Below are positions 10,131 through 18,933 of a stretch of DNA of 64,000 nucleotides, piece by piece. Origin of the DNA: an uncultured Gammaproteobacteria bacterium. GTDB taxonomy: Bacteria > Patescibacteriota > Patescibacteriia > UBA9570. The number at the start of each line of letters is the position of its first letter. Within the stretch, counting starts at the first letter, position 1. The stretch spans positions 88,537-152,536 of the forward strand of contig CAYLOJ010000001.1 of NCBI GenBank assembly GCA_964385285.1, written 5' to 3'. The position numbers were made by a program, and so were the translations under genes. The notes beneath the pieces were generated by a model. That model saw only the letters and a list, made by a program, of their open reading frames with translations, was not told the origin of the DNA and made no database searches.

Positions 10131-10977
10131 ACCTCTTCATCTCTTAGACACAACGCAGTTCGATCGTGCTTGGTTGGAACGCTGTTTTAATCGCGCGGCT
10201 GAATTCACTAGCAAAGGTTATGTGCATACCTTAACCGACAAAACGATCGCAACCTGCTTCTTTGAACCGTCTACACGTACCCGATTATCATTCACCGCTG
10301 CTGCCTATAAACTAGGTGCGAATGTGTTGGGCTTCGACAATAGCACCAGCACCTCATCTGCCAAAGGAGAATCTCTCGAAGACACAATTCGCATGGTGGC
10401 AAATTACAGTGACTTAATTGTAATGCGCCACCCAGAGGCCGGCAGTACTGAGCGCGCCGCCGCTGTATCGAACATACCGATTATCAATGCGGGCGATGGT
10501 GCGCACGCACATCCTTCGCAAACGGTCTTGGATTTATTTGCGATTCAACAGGGGATTGGCCGCTTGGATAATTTCACTATTGTCATGATCGGTGATCTGG
10601 AACATTCACGCGTCATTCATTCCTTGGTAGAGGCCCTCAAGTTATTTAAACGAGTGACCGTACAGCTCGTGGATCCGCGCACGCAAGATTACAAACCACT
10701 TCTACCCGAGGCCGATATTGTTCTGGTGACGCGCGTCCAACAAGAACGCTATGCTGACCCTGCAGAGGCAGAAGCATTCCAAAGGTCGTACGTGATTTCC
10801 TTGGAAGATGTCTTAAATATGAAACCGGAAGCAAAAATTATTAGTCCATTACCTCGCTTGTCTGAACTACCCACCACGATTGATGCACAACCTCAAGCCT
10901 ATTACTTTACACAAGCAGCCTTAGGCGTACCCGTGCGAGCAGCGCTATTAGAATATTATCTTGGCATATGGCAGTAA
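10120..10977 (+). CDS. pyrB: Aspartate carbamoyltransferase catalytic subunit
   Basis: FFEPSTRTRLSF, KGESLEDT, INAGDGAHAHPSQ, TRVQQER, PLPR. Confidence 0.96.
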   Translation: MNTKPLHLLDTTQFDRAWLERCFNRAAEFTSKGYVHTLTDKTIATCFFEPSTRTRLSFTAAAYKLGANVLGFDNSTSTSSAKGESLEDTIRMVANYSDLIVMRHPEAGSTERAAAVSNIPIINAGDGAHAHPSQTVLDLFAIQQGIGRLDNFTIVMIGDLEHSRVIHSLVEALKLFKRVTVQLVDPRTQDYKPLLPEADIVLVTRVQQERYADPAEAEAFQRSYVISLEDVLNMKPEAKIISPLPRLSELPTTIDAQPQAYYFTQAALGVPVRAALLEYYLGIWQ

Positions 10978-11951
10978 TTACACTGCCCGGCCTAATCGAT
11001 AGCCACGTCCATTTTCGCATTCCTGGCCAAGCCTATAAAGAAGATTGGATCACCGGATCGGCAGCCGCCTTGGCTGGTGGAGTAACCGGTGTGGTTGATA
11101 TGCCGAGTAATGTACCACCGGTGTTGACCGCAGACGATCTAGCCTCGAAACAGGCTTTAATTAAACCGAATGCAACAATTGAATACCGCTTGCCAATTGG
11201 TGTATCCGATGCCTCCATTGATGCCGCTTTAAATGGTCAGCACGCTGCCTGCGGCTTTAAAGTTTTTTTGCAGCCACACTCTACAGGCATGTACGTGGAG
11301 CAAGACGCTACCTTGCATACGCTATTTCAAAAGGCAGTAAAGCCGATCATGATTCACGATCACACTGGTGTCGATCGGATCCTTCCGTTTGTACGACAAT
11401 ATAAAAAACCAACGTACATCTGCCACGTTTCAACAGCTAGAGAGCTGACCCAAATCGCTCAAGCTAAGGCCGAGGGTTTACCGATTTATGCGGAGGTCAC
11501 TCTACACCATTTGTGGTTGGATCTGTGCAACCAAACTCTGGGGCACCGCGCGCAAGTGAATCCACCGCTGCGTACCGCGGCTGATCGAGCCGCGCTTTGG
11601 GCAGGAATTCGCAACGGGACAGTGGATACGATTGCCACCGACCATGCCCCACATCTGTTATCAGAAAAAGATTCTCCAGCCGGTGCAGCTGGTTTTCCCA
11701 GTATCGAACTCTTCTTGCCATTATTGCTCACCGGGGTAGCCCAAGGCCGCTTAACACTCACAGACATTGAGCGCTGTTGCGTAACCAATCCGACTCAGTT
11801 GTTTGGGTTCACTGGTCCGCGTGGCACGGTGACCGCGGATGACGCAGTTGTCTGGACCGTCACGGAAGCAGATATCAAAAGTAAATGTGCCTGGTCACCC
11901 TATTTAGGCATGGAATTGACTGGCAAGGTGCTACAAACTGCCTTGACGTAA
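10968..11951 (+). CDS. pyrC: Dihydroorotase (compact, CAD/type I-like)
   Basis: LPGLIDSHVHFR, AALAGGVT, CHVST, VNPPLR, IATDHAPH. Confidence 0.92.
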   Translation: MAVITLPGLIDSHVHFRIPGQAYKEDWITGSAAALAGGVTGVVDMPSNVPPVLTADDLASKQALIKPNATIEYRLPIGVSDASIDAALNGQHAACGFKVFLQPHSTGMYVEQDATLHTLFQKAVKPIMIHDHTGVDRILPFVRQYKKPTYICHVSTARELTQIAQAKAEGLPIYAEVTLHHLWLDLCNQTLGHRAQVNPPLRTAADRAALWAGIRNGTVDTIATDHAPHLLSEKDSPAGAAGFPSIELFLPLLLTGVAQGRLTLTDIERCCVTNPTQLFGFTGPRGTVTADDAVVWTVTEADIKSKCAWSPYLGMELTGKVLQTALT

Positions 11952-12017
11952 CTACTGTTGTCTGAAAAAATCTTCCCACTAGCAACACTCCTGTTCGCTA
12001 GCACGGAGGATCCTACT

Positions 12018-12185
12018 ATGGATCACGACAGAGCCACGCGCATACCCGTTACACCACACACTGCCTCCACCACCACGGACGATCCTGATCACCCTGCCGC
12101 CATGAGCCTGCCACCGGGCAAGCGCAGCGCACAGGTGCCGGAACGGGCCTGTGGAGAGGTCGCCCTCCCGGTTTGGGAGTGGTAG
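12018..12185 (+). CDS. GC-rich small ORF (55 aa) of unknown function; GC-rich insert 1
   Basis: GGAGG at 12005-12009, 8 nt before ATG; visibly higher GC than flanking pyrC/argH; followed by hairpins. Confidence 0.45.
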   Translation: MDHDRATRIPVTPHTASTTTDDPDHPAAMSLPPGKRSAQVPERACGEVALPVWEW

Positions 12186-12202
12186 CGGATTCGTAGTCGG
12201 AA

Positions 12203-12273
12203 GGGCAGGGCGGTGGTCTCAACCCCACTGCCCGCCCACACCCATCCCGCCGTTCAAACGGTATTTTTTATTT
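12203..12273 (+). terminator. Double hairpin and U-tract closing insert 1
   Basis: GGGC(A)GGGCGGTGG / CCACTGCCCGCCC stem (12203-12237), then CCGT-TCAA-ACGG followed by TATTTTTTATTT. Confidence 0.6.
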
Positions 12274-12329
12274 ACCTGGTTTTCGTGTATACTGGCAATA
12301 ATTTGAATTATTAAGTAAGTGCACTCTGT

Positions 12330-13670
12330 ATGGCTCAACTTTGGAATAAAGGCTATAACATCAACCAAGAAATCCTTGAGTTTACGGTTGGAAATGATTA
12401 TGAGCTGGATCAGCTAATGATCAAGCACGATGTCTATGGCAGCATTGCACAAGCCGCCATGTTAACAAAAATTGGAGTACTAACGGCCGCGGAGTTCAAA
12501 AAAGTTCAGGATGCTTTACGCAATATCATTGCACTCTGGGAAGCTGGGAAATTTACCGTCCAGATGGAAGACGAAGATGGTCATACGGCTATTGAAAATC
12601 ATCTTGTCAAAACGTTAGGGGATCTCGGTAAAAAAATTCATACCGCCCGCAGTCGGAACGATCAAGTGGTCACAATGACACGCTTGTACACCAAAGAGAA
12701 GCTGATGAATGTCTACGGCCACAGCTTAACACTGGCTCAACACTTTCTAGATCTCGCCAAACGCTATCAAGCTGTCCCGATGCCAGGCTACACACATATG
12801 CAACGTGCCATGCCGACCTCTGGCGGTGTTTGGTTCAGTCAATATGCCGAAGCCATCCTGGATGATCTCGCGTTCTTGAAGACTGCCTTTGAATATAATG
12901 ATATGAGTCCGCTAGGCAGTGCAGCTGGCTTTGGAGTGAACTTCCCAATCGATCGCGCCTATACTGCCAAACTACTGGGTTTCAAAAAAGTGCAAAATAA
13001 TACGATGTACGTTTCTTACACCCGTGGAAAAGTGGAGGCAACAATCTTGTTCGCCTTAAATCAACTCATGCAGACCATGGCAAAATTTGCTAATGACGTG
13101 TTGATGTTCTCCATGTCCGAAACGGGCTTTGTGGAATTGCCGAAAGAGTACTGCACGGGGTCATCTCTGATGCCACAAAAACGAAACGGAGATGTCTTCG
13201 AGCTCACCCGCGGCAAAGCCAATATTATGCTAGGTCATCTGATTTCCAGTATTGAATTGCAAAATGTCCTGCTCTCTGGCTACAACCGTGATTCGCAGCT
13301 AACCAAAGATCTCCTAGTGAAAGCATTGCATCTCTACAGTAATACTGTAAAAGTGATGAGCACAGTAACCAGCGGCATTACGTTGAATGAGAAAAAATGT
13401 ATTGCCGCCTGCAGCCCCGAAATTTATGCGACTGACAAAGCCTTGGACCTAGTTAAACAGGGCATGCCTTTCCGCGATGCCTATCGCCACGTCGCAGCGC
13501 ATCTTGATGAATTAGAGGCGATTGATCCTGTTAAAAATATTAAACAGAAGCAGATTAATTTAAAACCCGCTACCGCTGCCTGGGCCAAACAATCACATTG
13601 GCTGACCACCGAACAAACCCATTGGAAGAAGACGATTCAAGCTTTACTGAAGTTGTCAAAACCCCAGTAA
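12330..13670 (+). CDS. argH: Argininosuccinate lyase
   Basis: EDGHTAIE, IHTARSRNDQV, MPGYTHMQRA, TGSSLMPQKRN, GYNRD, GMPFRDAY. Confidence 0.93.
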   Translation: MAQLWNKGYNINQEILEFTVGNDYELDQLMIKHDVYGSIAQAAMLTKIGVLTAAEFKKVQDALRNIIALWEAGKFTVQMEDEDGHTAIENHLVKTLGDLGKKIHTARSRNDQVVTMTRLYTKEKLMNVYGHSLTLAQHFLDLAKRYQAVPMPGYTHMQRAMPTSGGVWFSQYAEAILDDLAFLKTAFEYNDMSPLGSAAGFGVNFPIDRAYTAKLLGFKKVQNNTMYVSYTRGKVEATILFALNQLMQTMAKFANDVLMFSMSETGFVELPKEYCTGSSLMPQKRNGDVFELTRGKANIMLGHLISSIELQNVLLSGYNRDSQLTKDLLVKALHLYSNTVKVMSTVTSGITLNEKKCIAACSPEIYATDKALDLVKQGMPFRDAYRHVAAHLDELEAIDPVKNIKQKQINLKPATAAWAKQSHWLTTEQTHWKKTIQALLKLSKPQ

Positions 13671-14612
13671 ATGGGTATAGTATTGCCAATGTCTACTGCT
13701 GTTACATTCCTCGGCAAGCGTTTTAAAAATCCGATCGTGCTAGCATCTGGCATTCTTGGTGTCACTGCTGCTTCCCTGAAACGCTGTGTCGATTTAGGTG
13801 CGGGCGGAGTGACGGTTAAATCGCTATCACTACAACCTCGTACTGGGCATGTGAATCCCACCATGGCCGGGCATGATTATTTTTTTATCAACGCCGTCGG
13901 ATTATCTAATCCCGGAATTGAGGAAGGGATTAAAGAATTAAAGAAATTCAAAACAATTTGTTCAGCACCACTCATTGGGAGTGTCTTTGCCGGCACCGTT
14001 CAAGAATTTGCGGATGTGACGAAACGGATTGTCACTGCACCGATTGATATTCTCGAAGTCGATATCTCTTGTCCAAATGTCGGAGACGAATTTGGTTCAC
14101 CCTTCGCCTATAGTGTAGATGCTGCCGTTGCCATTACGAAAGCGGTGAAGCGACAAGCCAAGCGCGTCCCCATCAGTGTAAAACTCTCACCCAATGCCTG
14201 GAATATTGGAGAAATTGCTGCCGCTTGTGAAGCGGCCGGTGCTGATGCCATTACTGCTATCAATACTGCCTCCGGAATGACCATTGATGCCACCTTCCAA
14301 GCCCCATTTTTGAGCAATAAGGTCGGTGGAATGTCTGGCCCAGCTCTCAAGCCCATTGCCTTAAAAGCGGTCTGGGATGTCCATTCTAGGCTCAAAAAAG
14401 CTCCAATCATTGCCACTGGTGGCGTGACCTCCGGCGAAGATGCTATTGAGATGATTCTAGCCGGCGGAACGTTGGTAGGTGTCGGTTCTGCAGCTTTCTG
14501 GCGTGGCGCTGAAGTGTTTGGCACAATTGTGAAGGAGATGGAGCAGTATATGAAAGCCAACAACATCAAAGAGATCAAAAGCTTGATTGGTAAAGCTCAT
14601 AAAGCCAAGTAG
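13671..14612 (+). CDS. pyrD: Dihydroorotate dehydrogenase, class 1B catalytic subunit (start may be 13689)
   Basis: KNPIVLASG, NAVGLSNPG, ISCPNV, VKLSPN, GGMSGPALKPIAL; adjacent to pyrK. Confidence 0.95.
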   Translation: MGIVLPMSTAVTFLGKRFKNPIVLASGILGVTAASLKRCVDLGAGGVTVKSLSLQPRTGHVNPTMAGHDYFFINAVGLSNPGIEEGIKELKKFKTICSAPLIGSVFAGTVQEFADVTKRIVTAPIDILEVDISCPNVGDEFGSPFAYSVDAAVAITKAVKRQAKRVPISVKLSPNAWNIGEIAAACEAAGADAITAINTASGMTIDATFQAPFLSNKVGGMSGPALKPIALKAVWDVHSRLKKAPIIATGGVTSGEDAIEMILAGGTLVGVGSAAFWRGAEVFGTIVKEMEQYMKANNIKEIKSLIGKAHKAK

Positions 14613-14614
14613 AT

Positions 14615-15418
14615 ATGAAACCCCGAGTTGCTGTACTAAAAAAAGTCACGAACGAAGCCAAGGATGTCAAAGGGTTTACCTTTGAGTTTGCGAACCTAAA
14701 CTCTCAGCCTGGTCAATTTGTCATGTTATGGATTCCAGGGGTGGATCAGAAACCGTTTTCCATCGCTGCCGATGATGGCAAGAGTTTTACGACCGTCGTC
14801 TTTAAACTGAAAAATTTTACCGAGCATCTCTTTAAGCTGAAACCAGGGGATAAGGTCGGTGTCACTGGACCATTTGGCAACCCCTACCATTGGAAACCCA
14901 AAAGCCATGTGATTGCGATCGGTGGTGGGTATGGGGCTGCGCCGTTAGCCTATCTCATTAATCGAGCCAAAGCCGATAACTGCAGTTATGAGCTATTGGT
15001 AGGAGCGCGCAATAAAGCCTTATTGCTTTATACAAATCATTTCCCGAAACATACTTATTTATCGACGAATGATGGATCGGCTGGGCACAAAGGGTTTATC
15101 ACAGAAGTGTTAGCTGAGCGTTTAGAACGACTGTCAAAAACCGAACGGAAAAATACGGTTGTCTACATGTGTGGTCCGGAGCCGATGGAATATGCTGCTG
15201 CTTTAGTCTGCAAACAATACGGGGTAGATAGTCAGATTAGTGTGGAGCGTTATATGAAATGTGGATTCGGGGTCTGCGGACAATGTTGCATCGACGATAC
15301 GGGTGAACGGATGTGCATCGAAGGACCCGTCTTAACTGGTAAGCACGCATTAACTCTTAAAGAATTCGGTCAGTATCATCGTGATAAATCTGGCCAAGCG
15401 CACACCTATGGTTCATAA
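14615..15418 (+). CDS. pyrK: Dihydroorotate dehydrogenase electron-transfer subunit
   Basis: PGQFVMLW, GPFGN, GGGYGAAPL, CGPEPM, 2Fe-2S motif MKCGFGVCGQC...C. Confidence 0.93.
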   Translation: MKPRVAVLKKVTNEAKDVKGFTFEFANLNSQPGQFVMLWIPGVDQKPFSIAADDGKSFTTVVFKLKNFTEHLFKLKPGDKVGVTGPFGNPYHWKPKSHVIAIGGGYGAAPLAYLINRAKADNCSYELLVGARNKALLLYTNHFPKHTYLSTNDGSAGHKGFITEVLAERLERLSKTERKNTVVYMCGPEPMEYAAALVCKQYGVDSQISVERYMKCGFGVCGQCCIDDTGERMCIEGPVLTGKHALTLKEFGQYHRDKSGQAHTYGS

Positions 15419-16013
15419 GGATCTTATCGACGCACTTTATCGTATTAACGCCGTCAAATTTGGTGAGTTCACTTTGAAGAACGGCATGCAATCGCCAATC
15501 TATATTGATTTGCGTGTAATCATCTCGTATCCAGATGTCTTGAAAATGATTGCCGGAGCCATGACGGAGCTGATTAAACATCACAAATTAGAATATAACG
15601 TTTTAGCTGGAATCCCATATACTGCATTGCCGATTACAACTGCGTTATCCTTGGAGCTAAACCAGCCAATGATCTACGCCCGCAAAGAAGCGAAAGCCTA
15701 TGGCACCAAAAAGAAGATCGAAGGCGCTTATACCGCCGGTCAAATCTGTTTGGTAGTGGATGATCTGATCACCACTGGTGAATCCAAGTTTGAAACGATC
15801 CAACCCTTTGAAGCTGAAGGGTTGATGATTCGTGATATCGTTGTACTGATTGATCGCGAACAAGGGGGCAGCAAAAAATTAGCCGATAACGGCTATCATC
15901 TCTATAGCGTGCTCACGCTAAATGATATCGTAAAACACTTAGTCAGCAACGGAACCATTCCGCCAGATTTAGAAAAAAAGATTCGAGATTTCTTAGCTGC
16001 TAATCATCTGTAA
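15408..16013 (+). CDS. pyrE: Orotate phosphoribosyltransferase (UMPS-like)
   Basis: KFGEFTLKNGMQSPIYIDLR, GIPYTALP, RKEAKAYGT, VVDDLITTG, DREQGG. Confidence 0.95.
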   Translation: MVHKDLIDALYRINAVKFGEFTLKNGMQSPIYIDLRVIISYPDVLKMIAGAMTELIKHHKLEYNVLAGIPYTALPITTALSLELNQPMIYARKEAKAYGTKKKIEGAYTAGQICLVVDDLITTGESKFETIQPFEAEGLMIRDIVVLIDREQGGSKKLADNGYHLYSVLTLNDIVKHLVSNGTIPPDLEKKIRDFLAANHL

Positions 16014-16019
16014 TTGTGT

Positions 16020-16778
16020 ATGACCTACGAAGCTAAATTACAAGCGGCAGTGAATCCAGCGGCGCGAGCGTTGCTCAAAACCGTTCTGGAAAAGGAATCC
16101 AATTTATCCGTGGCCGCAGACGTGACTACTTGTAATGAATTGATCACATTGATCCAGCAAACCGGGGATCAGATCGCTCTGCTCAAAACCCATATTGATG
16201 TATTGAGTGATTTCACTCCAGATTTAATCCCGACTTTGCTGGATCTAAAAAAACAATATAATTTTGTGATTTTTGAAGATCGGAAGTTTGCTGATATCGG
16301 CAACACGGTAAAACTGCAATACAGTGGTGGTGTCTATAAAATGGCTGACTGGGCAGATATTATTAATGCCCATGTGGTGCCAGGCCCAGGTATTATTGAA
16401 GGTTTATGGTCCATCGCTAAAGATAAAGGCGCTGGTTTGTTGCTCTTAGCGGAAATGAGTTCTGCTGGAAATTTGGCTAAAGGGGATTACACCAAAACCG
16501 CTGTACAGTGGGCTGAACAATACAGTGAATTTGTCATGGGTTTTATTGGCATGAAATCGCTCAGTAATAATCCACGTTTCATCACTATGACTCCAGGTGT
16601 GAACTTAGCTGATACCGGTGACGGCATGAAGCAGCAATACGTTACTCCTGAACAGGCAGTTCAAGGTGGTTCTGATATCATCATTGTCGGTCGCGGCATC
16701 TATGGTGCCAGTAACCCTGCTGAGGCCGCCAAACAGTACCGTGAAGCGGGTTGGAAAGCATACGCAACATTGCGATAA
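16020..16778 (+). CDS. pyrF: Orotidine-5'-phosphate decarboxylase (Ura3/UMPS-like)
   Basis: LKTHID, FEDRKFADIGNTVKLQY, LLAEMSSAG, MTPGV, QQYVTP, IIVGRGI. Confidence 0.96.
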   Translation: MTYEAKLQAAVNPAARALLKTVLEKESNLSVAADVTTCNELITLIQQTGDQIALLKTHIDVLSDFTPDLIPTLLDLKKQYNFVIFEDRKFADIGNTVKLQYSGGVYKMADWADIINAHVVPGPGIIEGLWSIAKDKGAGLLLLAEMSSAGNLAKGDYTKTAVQWAEQYSEFVMGFIGMKSLSNNPRFITMTPGVNLADTGDGMKQQYVTPEQAVQGGSDIIIVGRGIYGASNPAEAAKQYREAGWKAYATLR

Positions 16779-16781
16779 ATC

Positions 16782-17558
16782 ATGCATAAGGAATACACAG
16801 ACCATATAGTCTTCGAAAAATTGTTGGTGTATTCAAATTATTATAAAAACTTGTCCGGTTTGATTCTAGGCTTTGCCTCTTTAGGTACTAGCAAGGTATA
16901 TAATATTGATACCTATACCTATTCTTCTATACAAGGTACTTTGGAATCAATACATGATATTTTAAAAAAAGGGCGGATCAATGATAGTTACGCTCTATTA
17001 AGAAAGTACTATGATTCGATCATTATTAATATCTATACTGTTTTATATCTTAAAGATCATGTGAGTGCTGAAGAGTTTATTGTCGAAAAAATTGATAATT
17101 GGCTTCAAGGAAGTGAAGCTTTACCAGAATATAGAGTAATGAATAATTACGTTCGTTCTTCAAATGATCTCAAGTCTCTTAATCATTTACTCTTTAAAGA
17201 CGATACGTATAAAAATATACGGGATCGTTGTAATAATCACGTACATTACAACTTTTTTCGCTACGTGCTTTTAAATGATAATGAAATAAACTTTGGCAAC
17301 AGAACTAAATCTTTAGATATTTTTTTAAAGGATTTAGATAATATATTTGTACTCCACTTTTGCTACTTATTTACAGTAAATCCACATTATATGGCATCTA
17401 CAGATTATGTGGATAGTCTAGATCTAGGCCTTATTGCTGATGAGAATTCACAATATTATGTAGCCCCATTTATACAAACAGCATTCAATGATATAAAAGT
17501 AAATCGACCCGACTTAGCAGAGGAAATAAAAAACAACTCTATAATGTACTTAGAATAA
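16782..17558 (+). CDS. AT-rich hypothetical protein, possibly HEPN-like
   Basis: 258-aa ORF, markedly more AT-rich than neighbours; YALLRKYYD and RDRCNNHVH motifs. Confidence 0.6.
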   Translation: MHKEYTDHIVFEKLLVYSNYYKNLSGLILGFASLGTSKVYNIDTYTYSSIQGTLESIHDILKKGRINDSYALLRKYYDSIIINIYTVLYLKDHVSAEEFIVEKIDNWLQGSEALPEYRVMNNYVRSSNDLKSLNHLLFKDDTYKNIRDRCNNHVHYNFFRYVLLNDNEINFGNRTKSLDIFLKDLDNIFVLHFCYLFTVNPHYMASTDYVDSLDLGLIADENSQYYVAPFIQTAFNDIKVNRPDLAEEIKNNSIMYLE

Positions 17559-17562
17559 ACAA

Positions 17563-18867
17563 CTAAGCCAACTCGGCATCAAAGCGGAAAGGTTCAACGC
17601 GTGTCAATTTCACTTGTTGGAATGTTCCAACTAAATTGGCGTCTTCGGGGGCTTGGAAGGCGACGGTGACCTGGTGTTGATTACGACCTAACCAGTGATC
17701 TTTAGTAAACTTTTCTACTAAGATGGTATCCGTACTGCCAATACGAGGTTCTTGATTTAACATGAACGTCCGCTCTAACACGCGGGTAAGCTCTTCAAAG
17801 CGGCGCTTCTTTTCTTCGTGCGTAACATCATCAGTGAAACGACGGGCGGCGACGGTGCCAGGGCGAACCGAATATTGAGCGATGAAGGCCATGTCGTACT
17901 GCACGTATTCCATTAAGGTTTTTGAATCTTGAAAATCCTCTTCGGTTTCACCGGAGAAACCCACAATTACATCGGTGGAAAGAGAGACATTCGGAATACC
18001 GGCTTTGATATCATCAATCAGTTTCATATATTGCTCACGCGTATATGGCCGATTCATGCGGCGCAACACTTTGGAACTACCCGATTGAGCCGGTAAGTTA
18101 ATTTGTTTGCAAAGTTTCGGATATTTGGCGATGACCTCAATTACATCTGCGGTAAAGTCGCGAGGATGAGGCGCATGAAAACGGACCCAGAAGTCGCCAG
18201 GCAATTCGGCAATGGTGGCCATCAGTTGAGCAAAGTTTAATTCGGCTAATGTACCATCAGGATTCTTTTTATCCATGCCATATGAATTCACATTCTGACC
18301 CAACAGATGAATATCTTTATAACCTTTAGCAATTAAGTCTTTGACTTCCCGAATAATATCAGCCGAATCACGCGATCGCTCACGACCACGGGTATAAGGC
18401 ACAGCACAATAGGTACAGAACTTATCACAGCCTTTGGCAATCGGCACCCACGCCCGGAAGGTAGAATTATGAATCGGTTGAATATCAAAATACTTCATCT
18501 GATCACGCAGATTAACCGTTTCTTCTACGTTGGTTTGGGCCATCAGCAATGGCAACTTTGGCAACTCTTCAATATCAAACACTAGATCAAACTTCGGAGT
18601 CAGTTTCTGTTTATCATGTGGCAGCACACACCCTGTCAAAATCGTGGTGAGATCGCCGGATTGCTGACGTTTTTCCCAACCTTTGAACTTACCATAAATA
18701 CGATCCACAGCAGATTGTCGAATGGCGCAGGCAATCACCGCAATCACATTGGCTTGATCTTCATCTTCGACACGGGAATAGCCTAATTTTTCCAAGACCG
18801 TAGCCACGCGTTCTCCATCGGATTTATTGGTTTGGCAACCTAATGGCCAGACAAAATAGGTTTTCAT
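17563..18867 (-). CDS. miaB: tRNA-2-methylthio-N6-dimethylallyladenosine synthase
   Basis: LGCQTNKSD, radical SAM GCDKFCTYCAVPYTRGRERSR, LLGQNVNSYG, TRAM-like C-terminus. Confidence 0.93.
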   Translation of the reverse strand: MKTYFVWPLGCQTNKSDGERVATVLEKLGYSRVEDEDQANVIAVIACAIRQSAVDRIYGKFKGWEKRQQSGDLTTILTGCVLPHDKQKLTPKFDLVFDIEELPKLPLLMAQTNVEETVNLRDQMKYFDIQPIHNSTFRAWVPIAKGCDKFCTYCAVPYTRGRERSRDSADIIREVKDLIAKGYKDIHLLGQNVNSYGMDKKNPDGTLAELNFAQLMATIAELPGDFWVRFHAPHPRDFTADVIEVIAKYPKLCKQINLPAQSGSSKVLRRMNRPYTREQYMKLIDDIKAGIPNVSLSTDVIVGFSGETEEDFQDSKTLMEYVQYDMAFIAQYSVRPGTVAARRFTDDVTHEEKKRRFEELTRVLERTFMLNQEPRIGSTDTILVEKFTKDHWLGRNQHQVTVAFQAPEDANLVGTFQQVKLTRVEPFRFDAELA

Positions 18868-18877
18868 AGGCCGGGGG

Positions 18878-18925
18878 ATTATAGAGGAAATGTGCCTTGA
18901 AATCAAGTGGCGGCAATGTTATAAT
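18878..18925. promoter_or_regulatory. Overlapping divergent sigma-70 promoters for miaB and fbp
   Basis: Plus: TTGAAA (18897-18902)-17-TATAAT (18920-18925), 8 nt before the fbp ATG. Minus: TTGATT (18906-18901)-17-TATAAT (18883-18878), 10 nt before the miaB ATG. Confidence 0.75.
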
Positions 18926-18933
18926 CCAGACAT

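Noticed and set aside
13668-13673. In-frame argH-pyrD adjacency (likewise gltX-M23 at 44371-44376) as readthrough fusions
   Set aside because: No known fused counterpart; consistent with compact gene packing.
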